NCBI GenBank assembly: GCA_048881705.1
Contig: JBHLSH010000059.1
Span: 1-24,573, forward strand
Reading direction: 5' to 3'
DNA from: Candidatus Heimdallarchaeota archaeon
GTDB lineage: Archaea; Asgardarchaeota; Heimdallarchaeia; Hodarchaeales; Hodarchaeaceae
DNA length: 24,573 nucleotides
Each line of letters starts with the position of its first letter. The first letter of the stretch is position 1. Of the stretch, positions 8,864 to 17,896 are shown one piece after another. A model generated the notes under the pieces. The model made no database searches, was not told where the DNA came from, and saw only the letters and a program-made list of their open reading frames with translations. Made by a program: the position numbers and the translations under genes.

Positions 8864-9310
8864 CTAGTCATTTAATGTAAGATGGATAAGCTTCTGGATA
8901 GCTGGAAGATCGGGTTGAGGCAGATCTGGAAGATTGAGCTTCTTGCGGCGCATTAAAATACTCTTACCAGGGGGAGATGTAGTCCCGTTTGCTATAATTG
9001 TCTCTAATTCCGCTTTCACTGACTCAGGAACGTATCCGTGTCTAGCAGCTATATTTTTTAGTTTTACAAGCATTGTTGTAATGTTAATCCCTTGGGGACA
9101 ACGATCTTCGCATGCATAGCATGTCGTACAAAGCCAGAGAGGTTCGAAGTTTTCTAACACTGATATATCGGAACTGCTTGAGTTTAATACCGCCTGTATA
9201 AATCTTCGGGGATTTTTTTCTGGATTCACTCTGAATATGGGACAGGATCCGCTACATGTCCCACAAGAGAAACACACCTTCAATTGATCTTTTATTTCTT
9301 GGATATCCAT
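8864..9310 (-). CDS. hdrC: Heterodisulfide reductase subunit C
   Basis: CFSCGTCSGSCP and WLCTTCYACEDRCP; lies between hdrA and hdrB. Confidence 0.92.
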   Translation of the reverse strand: MDIQEIKDQLKVCFSCGTCSGSCPIFRVNPEKNPRRFIQAVLNSSSSDISVLENFEPLWLCTTCYACEDRCPQGINITTMLVKLKNIAARHGYVPESVKAELETIIANGTTSPPGKSILMRRKKLNLPDLPQPDLPAIQKLIHLTLND

Positions 9311-9324
9311 GTTCTATCCCTGGC

Positions 9325-11715
9325 TTAAGCAACCGCTGCGGCCGTATCCACCGCTGTTTTACCGCCATTTTCCCGTGCAACCTTGGACATGGCAGTAACC
9401 ACCTGGGCAAATTTTTTGCCTTCCGCAGCAGACATCCATTCAATGATAAATCGATTATCCTCAATATTCTGTTTCTGCATCCATCGTCGAATCTTCTTCT
9501 CTCGTTTCAAAGCCCAATCGTTGCCCGAAATATAGTGACAGTCTTGGGGATGACAGCCAGTTAACATCACTGATCCTGCTCCCTTTTCGAAAGATCTCTT
9601 GATATAATCGATGTCTACTCGACCAGAGCACATAGTTCTAATGATTCTGGAATTCGTTGGGTACTGTACTCGCGAAGTACCAGCCAAGTCCGCTCCGGCG
9701 TATGAACACCAATTGCAAGCGAATATGAGCACTTTTTCGTCCGCATTGTCACGTAAAGCGATATCGATCTGACGGAAGATCATAGCATCAGTGAAATTCA
9801 TCATAGTAATGCAATTCTTAGGACAGTCTGCTGCACATGTGCCGCAACCCTTGCAGAGGACGGGATTGACGCTTGCTTTGATTTTTCGTTTTTTATCTAC
9901 AGTAATAGCTAAGTAGGGACATCGTGTGGCACAAAGTTCGCATGCTGTGCATTCGTCGGTATCTACAAAGGCATAGAGGGGTTCTACATTGAATTTGCCT
10001 TTTGTAAGAAGTCGCGTGACTCGACCGGCTGCGGCGCTTGCTTGAGTTACGGTTTCTCGGATGTCTTTAGGAGCTTCAGCACCGCCTGCGATGAAGATTC
10101 CATCGCTGGGAGTATCCACTGGCTTTAATTTCGGATGTGCTTCAATGTAAAACCCATCAGGATCTCGTGAAACCGGGAACGGAATCTCAGTTTTGTTTCC
10201 TTCAGCACCGACCGACAAAACAACCAGATCAAATTCTTCAGATACCAGCGAACCTTGCATCACCGCTTCCACGGTAATTTGCAGATGATGGGTTTTTGGA
10301 TTCTCTTGTATTTGCGCGGGGCGTCCTCGAATATAACGCACTCCTTCTTCCCGAGACCGTGTATAGAGTTCTTCAAAGCCTTTTCCAAAGGCTCTGATAT
10401 CCATATAAAAGATTGTAACCTCTACATCGGGCCAATGTTCTTTGATAAGCAAACTGTCCTTGATACTCTCCATACAGCAGAAATTGGAGCAGTATGGGTT
10501 ATGACGGACGTCTCTTGAGCCTGTACAATTGATAAAGGCTATCTTCTTGGGACGTTTAAGATCAGAGGGACGAAGTAGGTCTCCTTCCGTAGGTCCCGCC
10601 GCATTAATCAATCGCTCAAATTCCAAAGTCGTTATTACGTTTGGATAGCGGCCCCACCCATATTCAGGAATCTTAGATGCGTCAAATACGTCAAAACCAG
10701 TGCTAATTATGATAGATCCAACTTTGTATGTGTAGGTCTTTTCGCTATCTTCGTAAATGATCGCTTCTTTATCGCATTCCTTGATACACTTTCCACACGC
10801 CAAAGGAGAAAGACCCAGACAATTCTTTTCATCAATGATATAACTGGCAGGAACAGCTTGAGGATATGGGATATAAATTGCTTTCCGCCATCCAAGATTT
10901 CCAGAATATTCATCGATAACATTTACCGGACAAATATCCACACACTCATCGCACGCCGTACAAAGGTCTTCATCTACATATCGGGGCTTTTTGGTAATTG
11001 TGACCTCAAAATTTCCAACGTATCCATCGATTCGGGTTACTTCCGCATTAGAGATTAGATTGATATTCTTATGGTTACCCACGTCAGCCATTTTTGGGCC
11101 AAGAATGCATATGCTGCAATCCATTGTAGGGAACGTTTTATCGATTAATGCCATTCTACCCCCGATGGTGGGTTCCTTTTCAACAAGTACGACTTCAAAA
11201 TCATCCGCAAGATCAAGAGAAGCTTGAATACCTGCCACTCCGCCGCCAATAACCAGAATTCGTTTTTCTACGGGAACAACAATTTCTTCAACAGGCTCTA
11301 GAAGATCAGCTTTAGCTACAGCCATCTCAATTAGCTCAGTAGCCTTCTTTGTGGCTTCTTCCTTTTCATGTAGATGAACCCAAGAGCACTGTTCCCTGAT
11401 ATTTGCAACTTCAACAAGTTCAGGGTTCATACCGATACGACGCATCAAAGTTTTCCAGGTTGGGCCATGAAGACGGGGAGAACATGCTGAAACTACTATT
11501 TTTTCAATTCCCTGTTCCTTGATGGCATTCTCGATTTCTACCTGGCCTGGATCGGAGCAAGTGTAGGTATTTACTTGGACTAGCTTGACATCGGGAAGTT
11601 TTTCGATCTCCTCTGCGACCTTATCAATGTCAACGCTGCCAGCAATGTTTTTACCGCACTTGCAAAGGAATACACCAATTTTAGGATCTTTTTGTTCGAT
11701 ACCTTCAGCTGCCAT
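9325..11715 (-). CDS. hdrA: Heterodisulfide reductase subunit A with C-terminal MvhD domain fused
   Basis: KIGVFLCKCG, FAD motif GGGVAG, KTFPTMDCSICILGPK, YCSNFCC, EAHPKL, PKDI, ferredoxin motifs. Then the MvhD motifs ACNWCSYAGADLAG, RTMCSGRV, GCHPQDCHY (about 9325-9750). GGTGA RBS. Confidence 0.93.
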   Translation of the reverse strand: MAAEGIEQKDPKIGVFLCKCGKNIAGSVDIDKVAEEIEKLPDVKLVQVNTYTCSDPGQVEIENAIKEQGIEKIVVSACSPRLHGPTWKTLMRRIGMNPELVEVANIREQCSWVHLHEKEEATKKATELIEMAVAKADLLEPVEEIVVPVEKRILVIGGGVAGIQASLDLADDFEVVLVEKEPTIGGRMALIDKTFPTMDCSICILGPKMADVGNHKNINLISNAEVTRIDGYVGNFEVTITKKPRYVDEDLCTACDECVDICPVNVIDEYSGNLGWRKAIYIPYPQAVPASYIIDEKNCLGLSPLACGKCIKECDKEAIIYEDSEKTYTYKVGSIIISTGFDVFDASKIPEYGWGRYPNVITTLEFERLINAAGPTEGDLLRPSDLKRPKKIAFINCTGSRDVRHNPYCSNFCCMESIKDSLLIKEHWPDVEVTIFYMDIRAFGKGFEELYTRSREEGVRYIRGRPAQIQENPKTHHLQITVEAVMQGSLVSEEFDLVVLSVGAEGNKTEIPFPVSRDPDGFYIEAHPKLKPVDTPSDGIFIAGGAEAPKDIRETVTQASAAAGRVTRLLTKGKFNVEPLYAFVDTDECTACELCATRCPYLAITVDKKRKIKASVNPVLCKGCGTCAADCPKNCITMMNFTDAMIFRQIDIALRDNADEKVLIFACNWCSYAGADLAGTSRVQYPTNSRIIRTMCSGRVDIDYIKRSFEKGAGSVMLTGCHPQDCHYISGNDWALKREKKIRRWMQKQNIEDNRFIIEWMSAAEGKKFAQVVTAMSKVARENGGKTAVDTAAAVA

Positions 11716-11747
11716 GTCTTAGTTCACCAGTTCACTAGATCTCACTA

Positions 11748-12614
11748 TTACTTTTTCGATATTTGCTCCCGAACTCGCTCAAGCCTCTTTGTGAATCCCT
11801 CTCGTGGAGAATTGACAAATTCTCCACAGACAATTATTCCCTCTTTGAAATCAAATGTCGCATCGTGCGGGGCGACACCAGTCTTAATTTGGACCTGTTT
11901 CTTTATCCATTCCAACATCTGAACGGCATCCCCTAGTTTGTTTTTCCTGCCATACTGGGTAAAGCAGGGAGCTAAAACCTCAATAAAACTAAAGCCAGGG
12001 TTGTCCATCGCAAATTTGATACTCTTCTGCAATCGTAACAGATCATATCCTGGCCATCGGGCAACATAACTTGCGCCAGCTGAAGCAGCCAAGCTCACGA
12101 GATTGAATGGTGGTTCCACATTTCCGTAAGGTGTTGTGGTTGTTAAATCTCCAATCTGTGTAGTAGGCGCAACTTGACCTCCAGTCATGCCATATACGTT
12201 GTTATTGATACAAAGGACGCTAATCTCGATATTGCGCCGGCAGGCATGAATGAAGTGGTTTCCTCCAATTGCAAAAAGATCTCCGTCGCCCGAAAGAACA
12301 ATTACTTCTAAATCAGGATTAGCCAACTTGAGGCCGGTGGCAAAAGGTATCGCCCTTCCATGCGTACTGTGAAAAGCAGGGGCTTTAAAACACCCACTGG
12401 ATCGTCCCGTACAGCCGATTCCAGAAACAATAGCGTAATCCTTGGGAGTCAGTCCCTTTTCAACCAAACAGCTTGTGATGGAGGTAATAACGGATCCAAT
12501 TAGACACCCTGGGCAAAAAATAAATCTGTGGAGATTTAACCGAGAGTGGAGGGGATGATCTTCTGTGATTACTTCCGAGGAATCAGGTGTGATTAATTCT
12601 TGGGGAGTTGTCAT
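11748..12614 (-). CDS. korB: 2-oxoacid:ferredoxin oxidoreductase beta subunit (TPP-binding; KorB-like)
   Basis: FCPGC, GIGC, HGRAIPFATG, GDGD...NNNVYGMTGGQ; GGAGGT RBS; overlaps the korA stop. Confidence 0.9.
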   Translation of the reverse strand: MTTPQELITPDSSEVITEDHPLHSRLNLHRFIFCPGCLIGSVITSITSCLVEKGLTPKDYAIVSGIGCTGRSSGCFKAPAFHSTHGRAIPFATGLKLANPDLEVIVLSGDGDLFAIGGNHFIHACRRNIEISVLCINNNVYGMTGGQVAPTTQIGDLTTTTPYGNVEPPFNLVSLAASAGASYVARWPGYDLLRLQKSIKFAMDNPGFSFIEVLAPCFTQYGRKNKLGDAVQMLEWIKKQVQIKTGVAPHDATFDFKEGIIVCGEFVNSPREGFTKRLERVREQISKK

Positions 12615-13774
12615 AGATTTACCTCCTTCATGATGCCATCATAAATAAGGTCCGGATGAAAGGGAATCGTGGTAGGGATATGTTGACCAATAACCTGAAA
12701 TCCCAGGTGTCGAAATCGTTCAACCTCTCGGACAACCTGTCCGTAGTTCATTTCGCTAACAATCACTTTCTTCACATCATATTTGGCCAATTTTTCCATT
12801 AATTCTTCGGGAAAAGGCCACAAACTCCGCAAACGGACGTATCCGACCTTGTGCCCTTTGTTCCGCGCCTTTTCAACTGCTTCAGGGACACCACGTGAGT
12901 TTATTCCATATGATAGGACTACTACTTCCGCATCCTCGACATGACGTTCTTTCCAGTCGTTTATTTCATGACGACCACGACGGATCTTGTCGCACAGACG
13001 TTTAATTAATGATATAGCGGCCTCAGGACGCATGTCAGGACTTCCTGTAGTATCATGTGTTAAACCGGTTACGTAAAAACTGTATTCGGTTCCTGCTACG
13101 GCCATGCCTGGTATTAGGTCCTCATCCAACACTTCAAAAGGTTTATAGTCCTCTGGGGGAACCTGAGGTGGCTTTCGGTTGATTATTTCAAAATCTGAGT
13201 GATAACGAACGGGTTCCATCATTTGGCCCGTGATTCCATCACTTGCAACTATAACGGGGGATCGATACTTTTCAGAAAGATTGAATGCTCTGATTGTAAG
13301 GTCATACATTTCTTGGACACTATTCGGCGAGAGTACAATCATTTCGTAATCGCCGTGAGAGAGATACCGAGTTTGCATCACATCCGATTGGGAAGCCTTG
13401 GTTGGTTGGCCCGTTGAGGGACCTCCTCTCATTACTGTCACTATAACCAGGGGAGCTTCTAGCATGAATGCGAGTCCTACTGTTTCGGCCATTAGCGAAA
13501 GACCAGGACCTGAGGTTGCGGTCATAGCCTTTGCTCCAGCAAAAGATGCTCCCACGACTGATACGATTGAAGCAAGTTCATCCTCCATTTGAACGAACGT
13601 CCCCCCAACCTGAGGTAACCGTCGAGACATGTAGTGGGCAATTTCGGAAGACGGGGTAATCGGATATCCACCGAAGTACCGACAACCCGCAGCAATTGCT
13701 CCTTCCGCTGATGCATAATTTCCAGTGGTCAAAATCAAATCTGATTGAGAGCTTTCTTGGGTGCTACTACTCAT
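12611..13774 (-). CDS. korA: 2-oxoacid:ferredoxin oxidoreductase alpha subunit (KorA-like)
   Basis: GYPITPSSE, QMEDELAS, TATSGPGLSLM, RGGPSTG. Confidence 0.92.
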   Translation of the reverse strand: MSSSTQESSQSDLILTTGNYASAEGAIAAGCRYFGGYPITPSSEIAHYMSRRLPQVGGTFVQMEDELASIVSVVGASFAGAKAMTATSGPGLSLMAETVGLAFMLEAPLVIVTVMRGGPSTGQPTKASQSDVMQTRYLSHGDYEMIVLSPNSVQEMYDLTIRAFNLSEKYRSPVIVASDGITGQMMEPVRYHSDFEIINRKPPQVPPEDYKPFEVLDEDLIPGMAVAGTEYSFYVTGLTHDTTGSPDMRPEAAISLIKRLCDKIRRGRHEINDWKERHVEDAEVVVLSYGINSRGVPEAVEKARNKGHKVGYVRLRSLWPFPEELMEKLAKYDVKKVIVSEMNYGQVVREVERFRHLGFQVIGQHIPTTIPFHPDLIYDGIMKEVNL

Positions 13775-13778
13775 TTCT

Positions 13779-14045
13779 CTAAACCTTCAGAGGAATTTCT
13801 TGTATAAAGATTGATACAGATGGGCAAATTCTCTCACATTGCAAACAGCCGGTACATTCTTCCTGGTGTACGGCCTTAACAGGGTGCAGCATACGACTAT
13901 TGAACTCCTCCGAGACTTCTAAGACATCCCGTGGACAAAATTCTATACAGAGTTCACAACTGTCACATATCTCGTTTAACACCATCACCCTGTAATCCTT
14001 AGTTTGAGGAGGTTGTAAAATTGGTTTCCGAGTGGAACGCATCAT
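13779..14045 (-). CDS. korD: 2x[4Fe-4S] ferredoxin-type delta subunit (KorD-like)
   Basis: CDSCELCIEFCP and CTGCLQCERICP; 4 bp upstream of korA. Confidence 0.88.
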   Translation of the reverse strand: MMRSTRKPILQPPQTKDYRVMVLNEICDSCELCIEFCPRDVLEVSEEFNSRMLHPVKAVHQEECTGCLQCERICPSVSIFIQEIPLKV

Positions 14046-14111
14046 TATGATATTCCTCTAAGAAAATTTTAGACCTGATCGGGTCTAATCAGTCCTAATA
14101 GACGAACTGAC

Positions 14112-14125
14112 GTTATAACTTTTCG
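14112..14125 (-). promoter_or_regulatory. Candidate BRE/TATA for the korDAB-hdrACB operon
   Basis: Minus strand CGAAAAG-TTATAAC, about 70 bp upstream of the korD start. Confidence 0.55.
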
Positions 14126-14492
14126 CAATTTGCCTTTCTATTGTTAAGTCAACTGGAGCTTTGAACGTCTTTCCATCATAAGGGTCGCTGAAGCTGTAAT
14201 ATTTCTATAATCTGTTTTTGAAATGAAGAAATTTCCTTATTAAGGCTTTACTTTCATGTATTCGGAATTTAACAATAGTTATTAGGAGCTGGAGTTGTCA
14301 AGCAACTTTATATTCCTATAGGAGGATCATAAACCCCCAAAAAGAGGCATTGAGCTTAAAAAAAGTCATCTGCGACGTATTTCGGTCCTAGAAATAGTAT
14401 AAAGAATTTTGGGCCATTTTTAAATATCCTTTTCGTCGAATAATGGAAAAACTATCCTTGTATCTACTGCAATTTCCTCGTTTCTTTGGATT

Positions 14493-15422
14493 CTATATTT
14501 GGGTTAGCACATCCGCCTTTGGATTGTTGATTGCCATGAAGGCATTGTCCAACATTTTAAAGAGATCATCTTTTGTTAATTCATATTCATTATCGTGAAA
14601 GAATTGAACCAACCTTTTTATCATGAAATAAAGCATTTTTTCGTAACCCGTCTTTTTAGAGGTTACCAAATATCTTTTTTTTGGTTTTGGCGCAAATAGG
14701 CCATCCATTATGGCATTTACTACCTTTTCGGGAGTGGGGGAATTTAGCCGCTTCTTAGTTTCTCGAGTGATGTTTTGAGTAATCCATGAAATCTGGCTAT
14801 TGGCGATAGAAGATTGCGGTTTCTTTGCCCGTTCGCGTACCATTTCTGCAGTAGACATTATGATCTTGGTATTGAACGTCCCTGGTTCAATGATTACTAC
14901 TTTGACTCCAAGTTCCCTAAGCTCTTGCGATAGGGCATCTGACCACGATTCAAATGCATACTTGCTCATACTATAGGAAGACATGAACATCGGAGTAAAC
15001 AGCCCTGATATGGAACTTATATTCACTATACGACCCTTTGATTTTACTATATAAGGTATGAGAGCATTTGTAACCCGTAAAGGGCCGTATACGTTCACAT
15101 CAAATACACGATGTAGCATCTTTTCATCAGTCGCAATTATTGGCCAAAAATCCGCAACACCAGCATTGTTGATCAGGCCATACAGCCCTCTCCCCTCCTC
15201 TTCTACCTGTTTTACAGTTTCACGGACATCCTTGGATGACGTTACATCCAAATGGAAGGCAAGAACATTGCGAAGCGTATTAAGATATTTGACATCTTTT
15301 TCGCTTCTCGCTGACGCATATACTATTTTACCCCTTCTTGATAAATGCTCGGCCGTCAATTTACCGATTCCTGATCCAGCTCCCGTAATCAGGATTGGAT
15401 CGGCTTCATCTAAATAATTCAT
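14493..15422 (-). CDS. Classical short-chain dehydrogenase/reductase (SDR)
   Basis: TGAGSGIG, NNAG, SSISG, catalytic YSMSK, IEPG. Confidence 0.92.
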   Translation of the reverse strand: MNYLDEADPILITGAGSGIGKLTAEHLSRRGKIVYASARSEKDVKYLNTLRNVLAFHLDVTSSKDVRETVKQVEEEGRGLYGLINNAGVADFWPIIATDEKMLHRVFDVNVYGPLRVTNALIPYIVKSKGRIVNISSISGLFTPMFMSSYSMSKYAFESWSDALSQELRELGVKVVIIEPGTFNTKIIMSTAEMVRERAKKPQSSIANSQISWITQNITRETKKRLNSPTPEKVVNAIMDGLFAPKPKKRYLVTSKKTGYEKMLYFMIKRLVQFFHDNEYELTKDDLFKMLDNAFMAINNPKADVLTQI

Positions 15423-15445
15423 GTTGTATTGAGAACATAAATCAA

Positions 15446-15453
15446 CTTAAAAA
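15446..15453 (-). promoter_or_regulatory. Candidate TATA box for the SDR gene (leaderless spacing)
   Basis: Minus strand TTTTTAAG ending 24 bp before the ATG at 15422. Confidence 0.4.
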
Positions 15454-15653
15454 CATTGTGTCCCTCAATGAATGGTTCCTATATACGATATCACGTATGA
15501 TTGAGTTTACCCCTTTATGAATACAATTCACTCACAAAAAGGTAGGTATCTGGATTCGGAATCTGAAATCTCAACTCCCTAGGACGTTGTTAACAATAGT
15601 TAGTGTATGACTTATAGTACATTAGCTTTTGACCTTATACGAAGCCAAACTTC

Positions 15654-16235
15654 ATGTCCAAGGGAATATCCATGAAAGTAAAATTCAGATTCTCGGGTAG
15701 AGGAGGCCAAGGCATTAAGTTTTTGGGATCTGCGTTAGTCCGCGTAGCAATGACGGCTAACCTTCATGCAACGCTCGCTGTGGACTATACTCCCTCTGTA
15801 CGTGGTGGTCCCATCTTTTGTGACGTTGTGATTAGTAGTGATCCTATTGATTACATATATGTTGCGGGAGATGCTGATTATTTTTTCGCAATTGACCAAA
15901 AAGGATTTGACCGAGCTTGCGAATGCATTACTGATAGAACGGTTTCATTCATAGATGCGAACACCATTGATTCTCAGGCAGAAGAATTGGTTACGAAAGG
16001 TACGATGTACCGGGTTCCCATTACTAAGCGGGCGGATGAAGAAAATGTCACCGGAGCCGTCAATATTCTATCCCTGGGCTTTCTTTCGGAATATTTGTTG
16101 AAGACTGGAAAACCTAATCTTACTGATGAACAATATGTCCAGGTTTTTCACAAAATGCGGAATTCCGAAAACAATATACGTACATTCAAACTTGGCAAAG
16201 ACCTTTATCAAGAAATCTTCAACGGAACATCCTAG
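15654..16235 (+). CDS. korC: 2-oxoacid:ferredoxin oxidoreductase gamma subunit (KorC-like); start may be ATG at 15672
   Basis: FSGRGGQG, YTPSVRGG, AIDQ, VNILSLG match the POR/KOR gamma domain. Confidence 0.82.
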   Translation: MSKGISMKVKFRFSGRGGQGIKFLGSALVRVAMTANLHATLAVDYTPSVRGGPIFCDVVISSDPIDYIYVAGDADYFFAIDQKGFDRACECITDRTVSFIDANTIDSQAEELVTKGTMYRVPITKRADEENVTGAVNILSLGFLSEYLLKTGKPNLTDEQYVQVFHKMRNSENNIRTFKLGKDLYQEIFNGTS

Positions 16236-16245
16236 TTGTTGGTCA

Positions 16246-16271
16246 TCTCTTCCTCCCCTCCTTTTTACTTG
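16246..16271 (+). terminator. Possible pyrimidine/oligo-T terminator of korC
   Basis: TCTCTTCCTCCCCTCCTTTTTACTT-type pyrimidine run right after the stop codon. Confidence 0.3.
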
Positions 16272-16720
16272 TGTTCGCATTTCCATCCCAAAAATATCTC
16301 CCTGATTTCACGGTAAATTGCAATAAATAAACGGATAGAGTGTTCTGGTTTTATTATTCTGATCTGAAACCTATCTGTTATTATTAATGTCTCTCTGAAA
16401 GGACCTTGTTTAACATCCTGAAACATTTTGCGTCGAGGTTTAGGGGATACCCGTTTGGAACATGAATTTCCAATATGGTTTTATCGAGCTTTTTTATGTT
16501 TTATTGGTTTTTTTTGCTTTTATTCAGAGTATTTGTCACTAATCAGCCTAAAAGTAACTTAAACATGATTAATCCTCGTACACAATGAAAAGACATATAT
16601 AACCGATTAAACAATTATTAAGCGACCAAATTTTGCTTAATTTATGATTTTTAACTAGATTAATACCCCGTAACACAGGTTACAGGCGTACTTTCATGGT
16701 TCTTTCACCATCTAGAGAAG

Positions 16721-17893
16721 TTGAATTTTATGGAACTTAATACTCGTTATTTCACCCCAAATCTCGATTTTCGTGACAAAATAATTACGTTATCCCAAAA
16801 TAACTTGAAATACTGCTACCAATGCGCCAATTGTACAGGCATTTGCCCAATAAATATCGTTTCCTCGTTCAATCCTCGCGAACTCATTCACATGGCGCAG
16901 CTCGGAATAGTTCCTGAATCGGAAAACGAGGTGATCTGGCGGTGCACAACTTGCGCCGCATGCGAGGAATTCTGTCCCAAAAAGGTGAAGATCATTGAGA
17001 TCATCACCGCCTACCGTGCGCACACAGTCGAAGAGGGAGGTGAAATGCCGTATACCTATACGCAGACATTACAATCATTTTTTCAGACGGGAAACCCATT
17101 CAACTTAAGATCCGCCGCAAGAGCTGATTGGGCAAAGGGATTGGATGTTCCCGTGGCAGAAAAGGGAACTGAAGTTATGTATTTCGTTGGATGTACCGCA
17201 TCCTATGATCCACGGTCCCAAAAGATAGCGCAGGCCATCTCATCCATTCTGAAACGTATGGGGGTAAATTTTGGAATCGTCGGAAACAAGGAAAGAGAAT
17301 GCGGGAACTGTATCAACTTCATGGGTGAAACGGTTCTCGCGGATTATGAACGAGAACAAAATGAGGCGTTAATTAAGCGCGTTCACCCCTCCACGATCAT
17401 TACCACATCCCCACATTCATTCAATCGAATCAAGCATGCCTACAATCTCCCTGAAGGGACCGAAGTACTTCACTATACCCAGTTTTTGGATCGGCTAATT
17501 GGTGAAGGAACATTGGAGTTTCCCGATAATGGACACAAGGAACAGCTTATTACATATCATGATGCTTGCTATCTAGGCAGGCATAACGGTGTTTATGAGG
17601 AACCCAGAAGAGTACTTAGGGCAGTTCCTGGCGTTAAACTGGTAGAAATGCTTGAAAATCACCAATTTAGTGTTTGCTGCGGCGGTGGAGGCGGGAATAT
17701 CTGGGCTGAAACTCGAGTAGAAGAAAGATTATCACTCCCGAGGTTAAAGCAAGCTCTGGATGTCGGTGCATCTGTGCTGGCGACTGCGTGTTATTTCTGT
17801 CTGTTAATGTTCGATGATGCGGTAAAAGTTGGCGATGTCGAGAAGCAGATCCAGGCCAAGGACATTGCCGAAATTGTTAAGGAGGCATTGTAA
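16721..17893 (+). CDS. HdrD/GlcF-like (Fe-S)-binding protein (HdrC-like ferredoxin part plus two CCG domains, the first degenerate); start may be ATG at 16730
   Basis: CYQCANCTGICP and WRCTTCAACEEFCP. CCG1 reads VGCTAS...ERECGNC...TSPHS. CCG2 reads HDACYLGR...CCGGGGG...TACYFC. Confidence 0.85.
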   Translation: MNFMELNTRYFTPNLDFRDKIITLSQNNLKYCYQCANCTGICPINIVSSFNPRELIHMAQLGIVPESENEVIWRCTTCAACEEFCPKKVKIIEIITAYRAHTVEEGGEMPYTYTQTLQSFFQTGNPFNLRSAARADWAKGLDVPVAEKGTEVMYFVGCTASYDPRSQKIAQAISSILKRMGVNFGIVGNKERECGNCINFMGETVLADYEREQNEALIKRVHPSTIITTSPHSFNRIKHAYNLPEGTEVLHYTQFLDRLIGEGTLEFPDNGHKEQLITYHDACYLGRHNGVYEEPRRVLRAVPGVKLVEMLENHQFSVCCGGGGGNIWAETRVEERLSLPRLKQALDVGASVLATACYFCLLMFDDAVKVGDVEKQIQAKDIAEIVKEAL

Positions 17894-17896
17894 CAA

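Noticed and set aside
8849-8866. hdrC TAG is in frame with the hdrB ATG (four sense codons between), so amber readthrough would give an HdrC-HdrB fusion
   Set aside because: In-frame junctions arise one time in three and occur at several TAA junctions here. TAG is used as an ordinary stop in other genes (sdhD, larA, korD), and no pyl genes are in view.
15586-15601. GTT-N3-AAC-N4-GTT resembling the SurR site
   Set aside because: The extended spacing differs from GTT-N3-AAC-N5-GTT, and the core is too short to be informative. It is treated under the TAAC-N4-GTTA motif instead.
766-16380. Shared 11-mer CCTATCTGTTA at 766-776 and 16370-16380
   Set aside because: Many 11-mer matches are expected by chance in 24.5 kb of AT-rich DNA. 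It only loosely resembles the TAACAATAG half-site.
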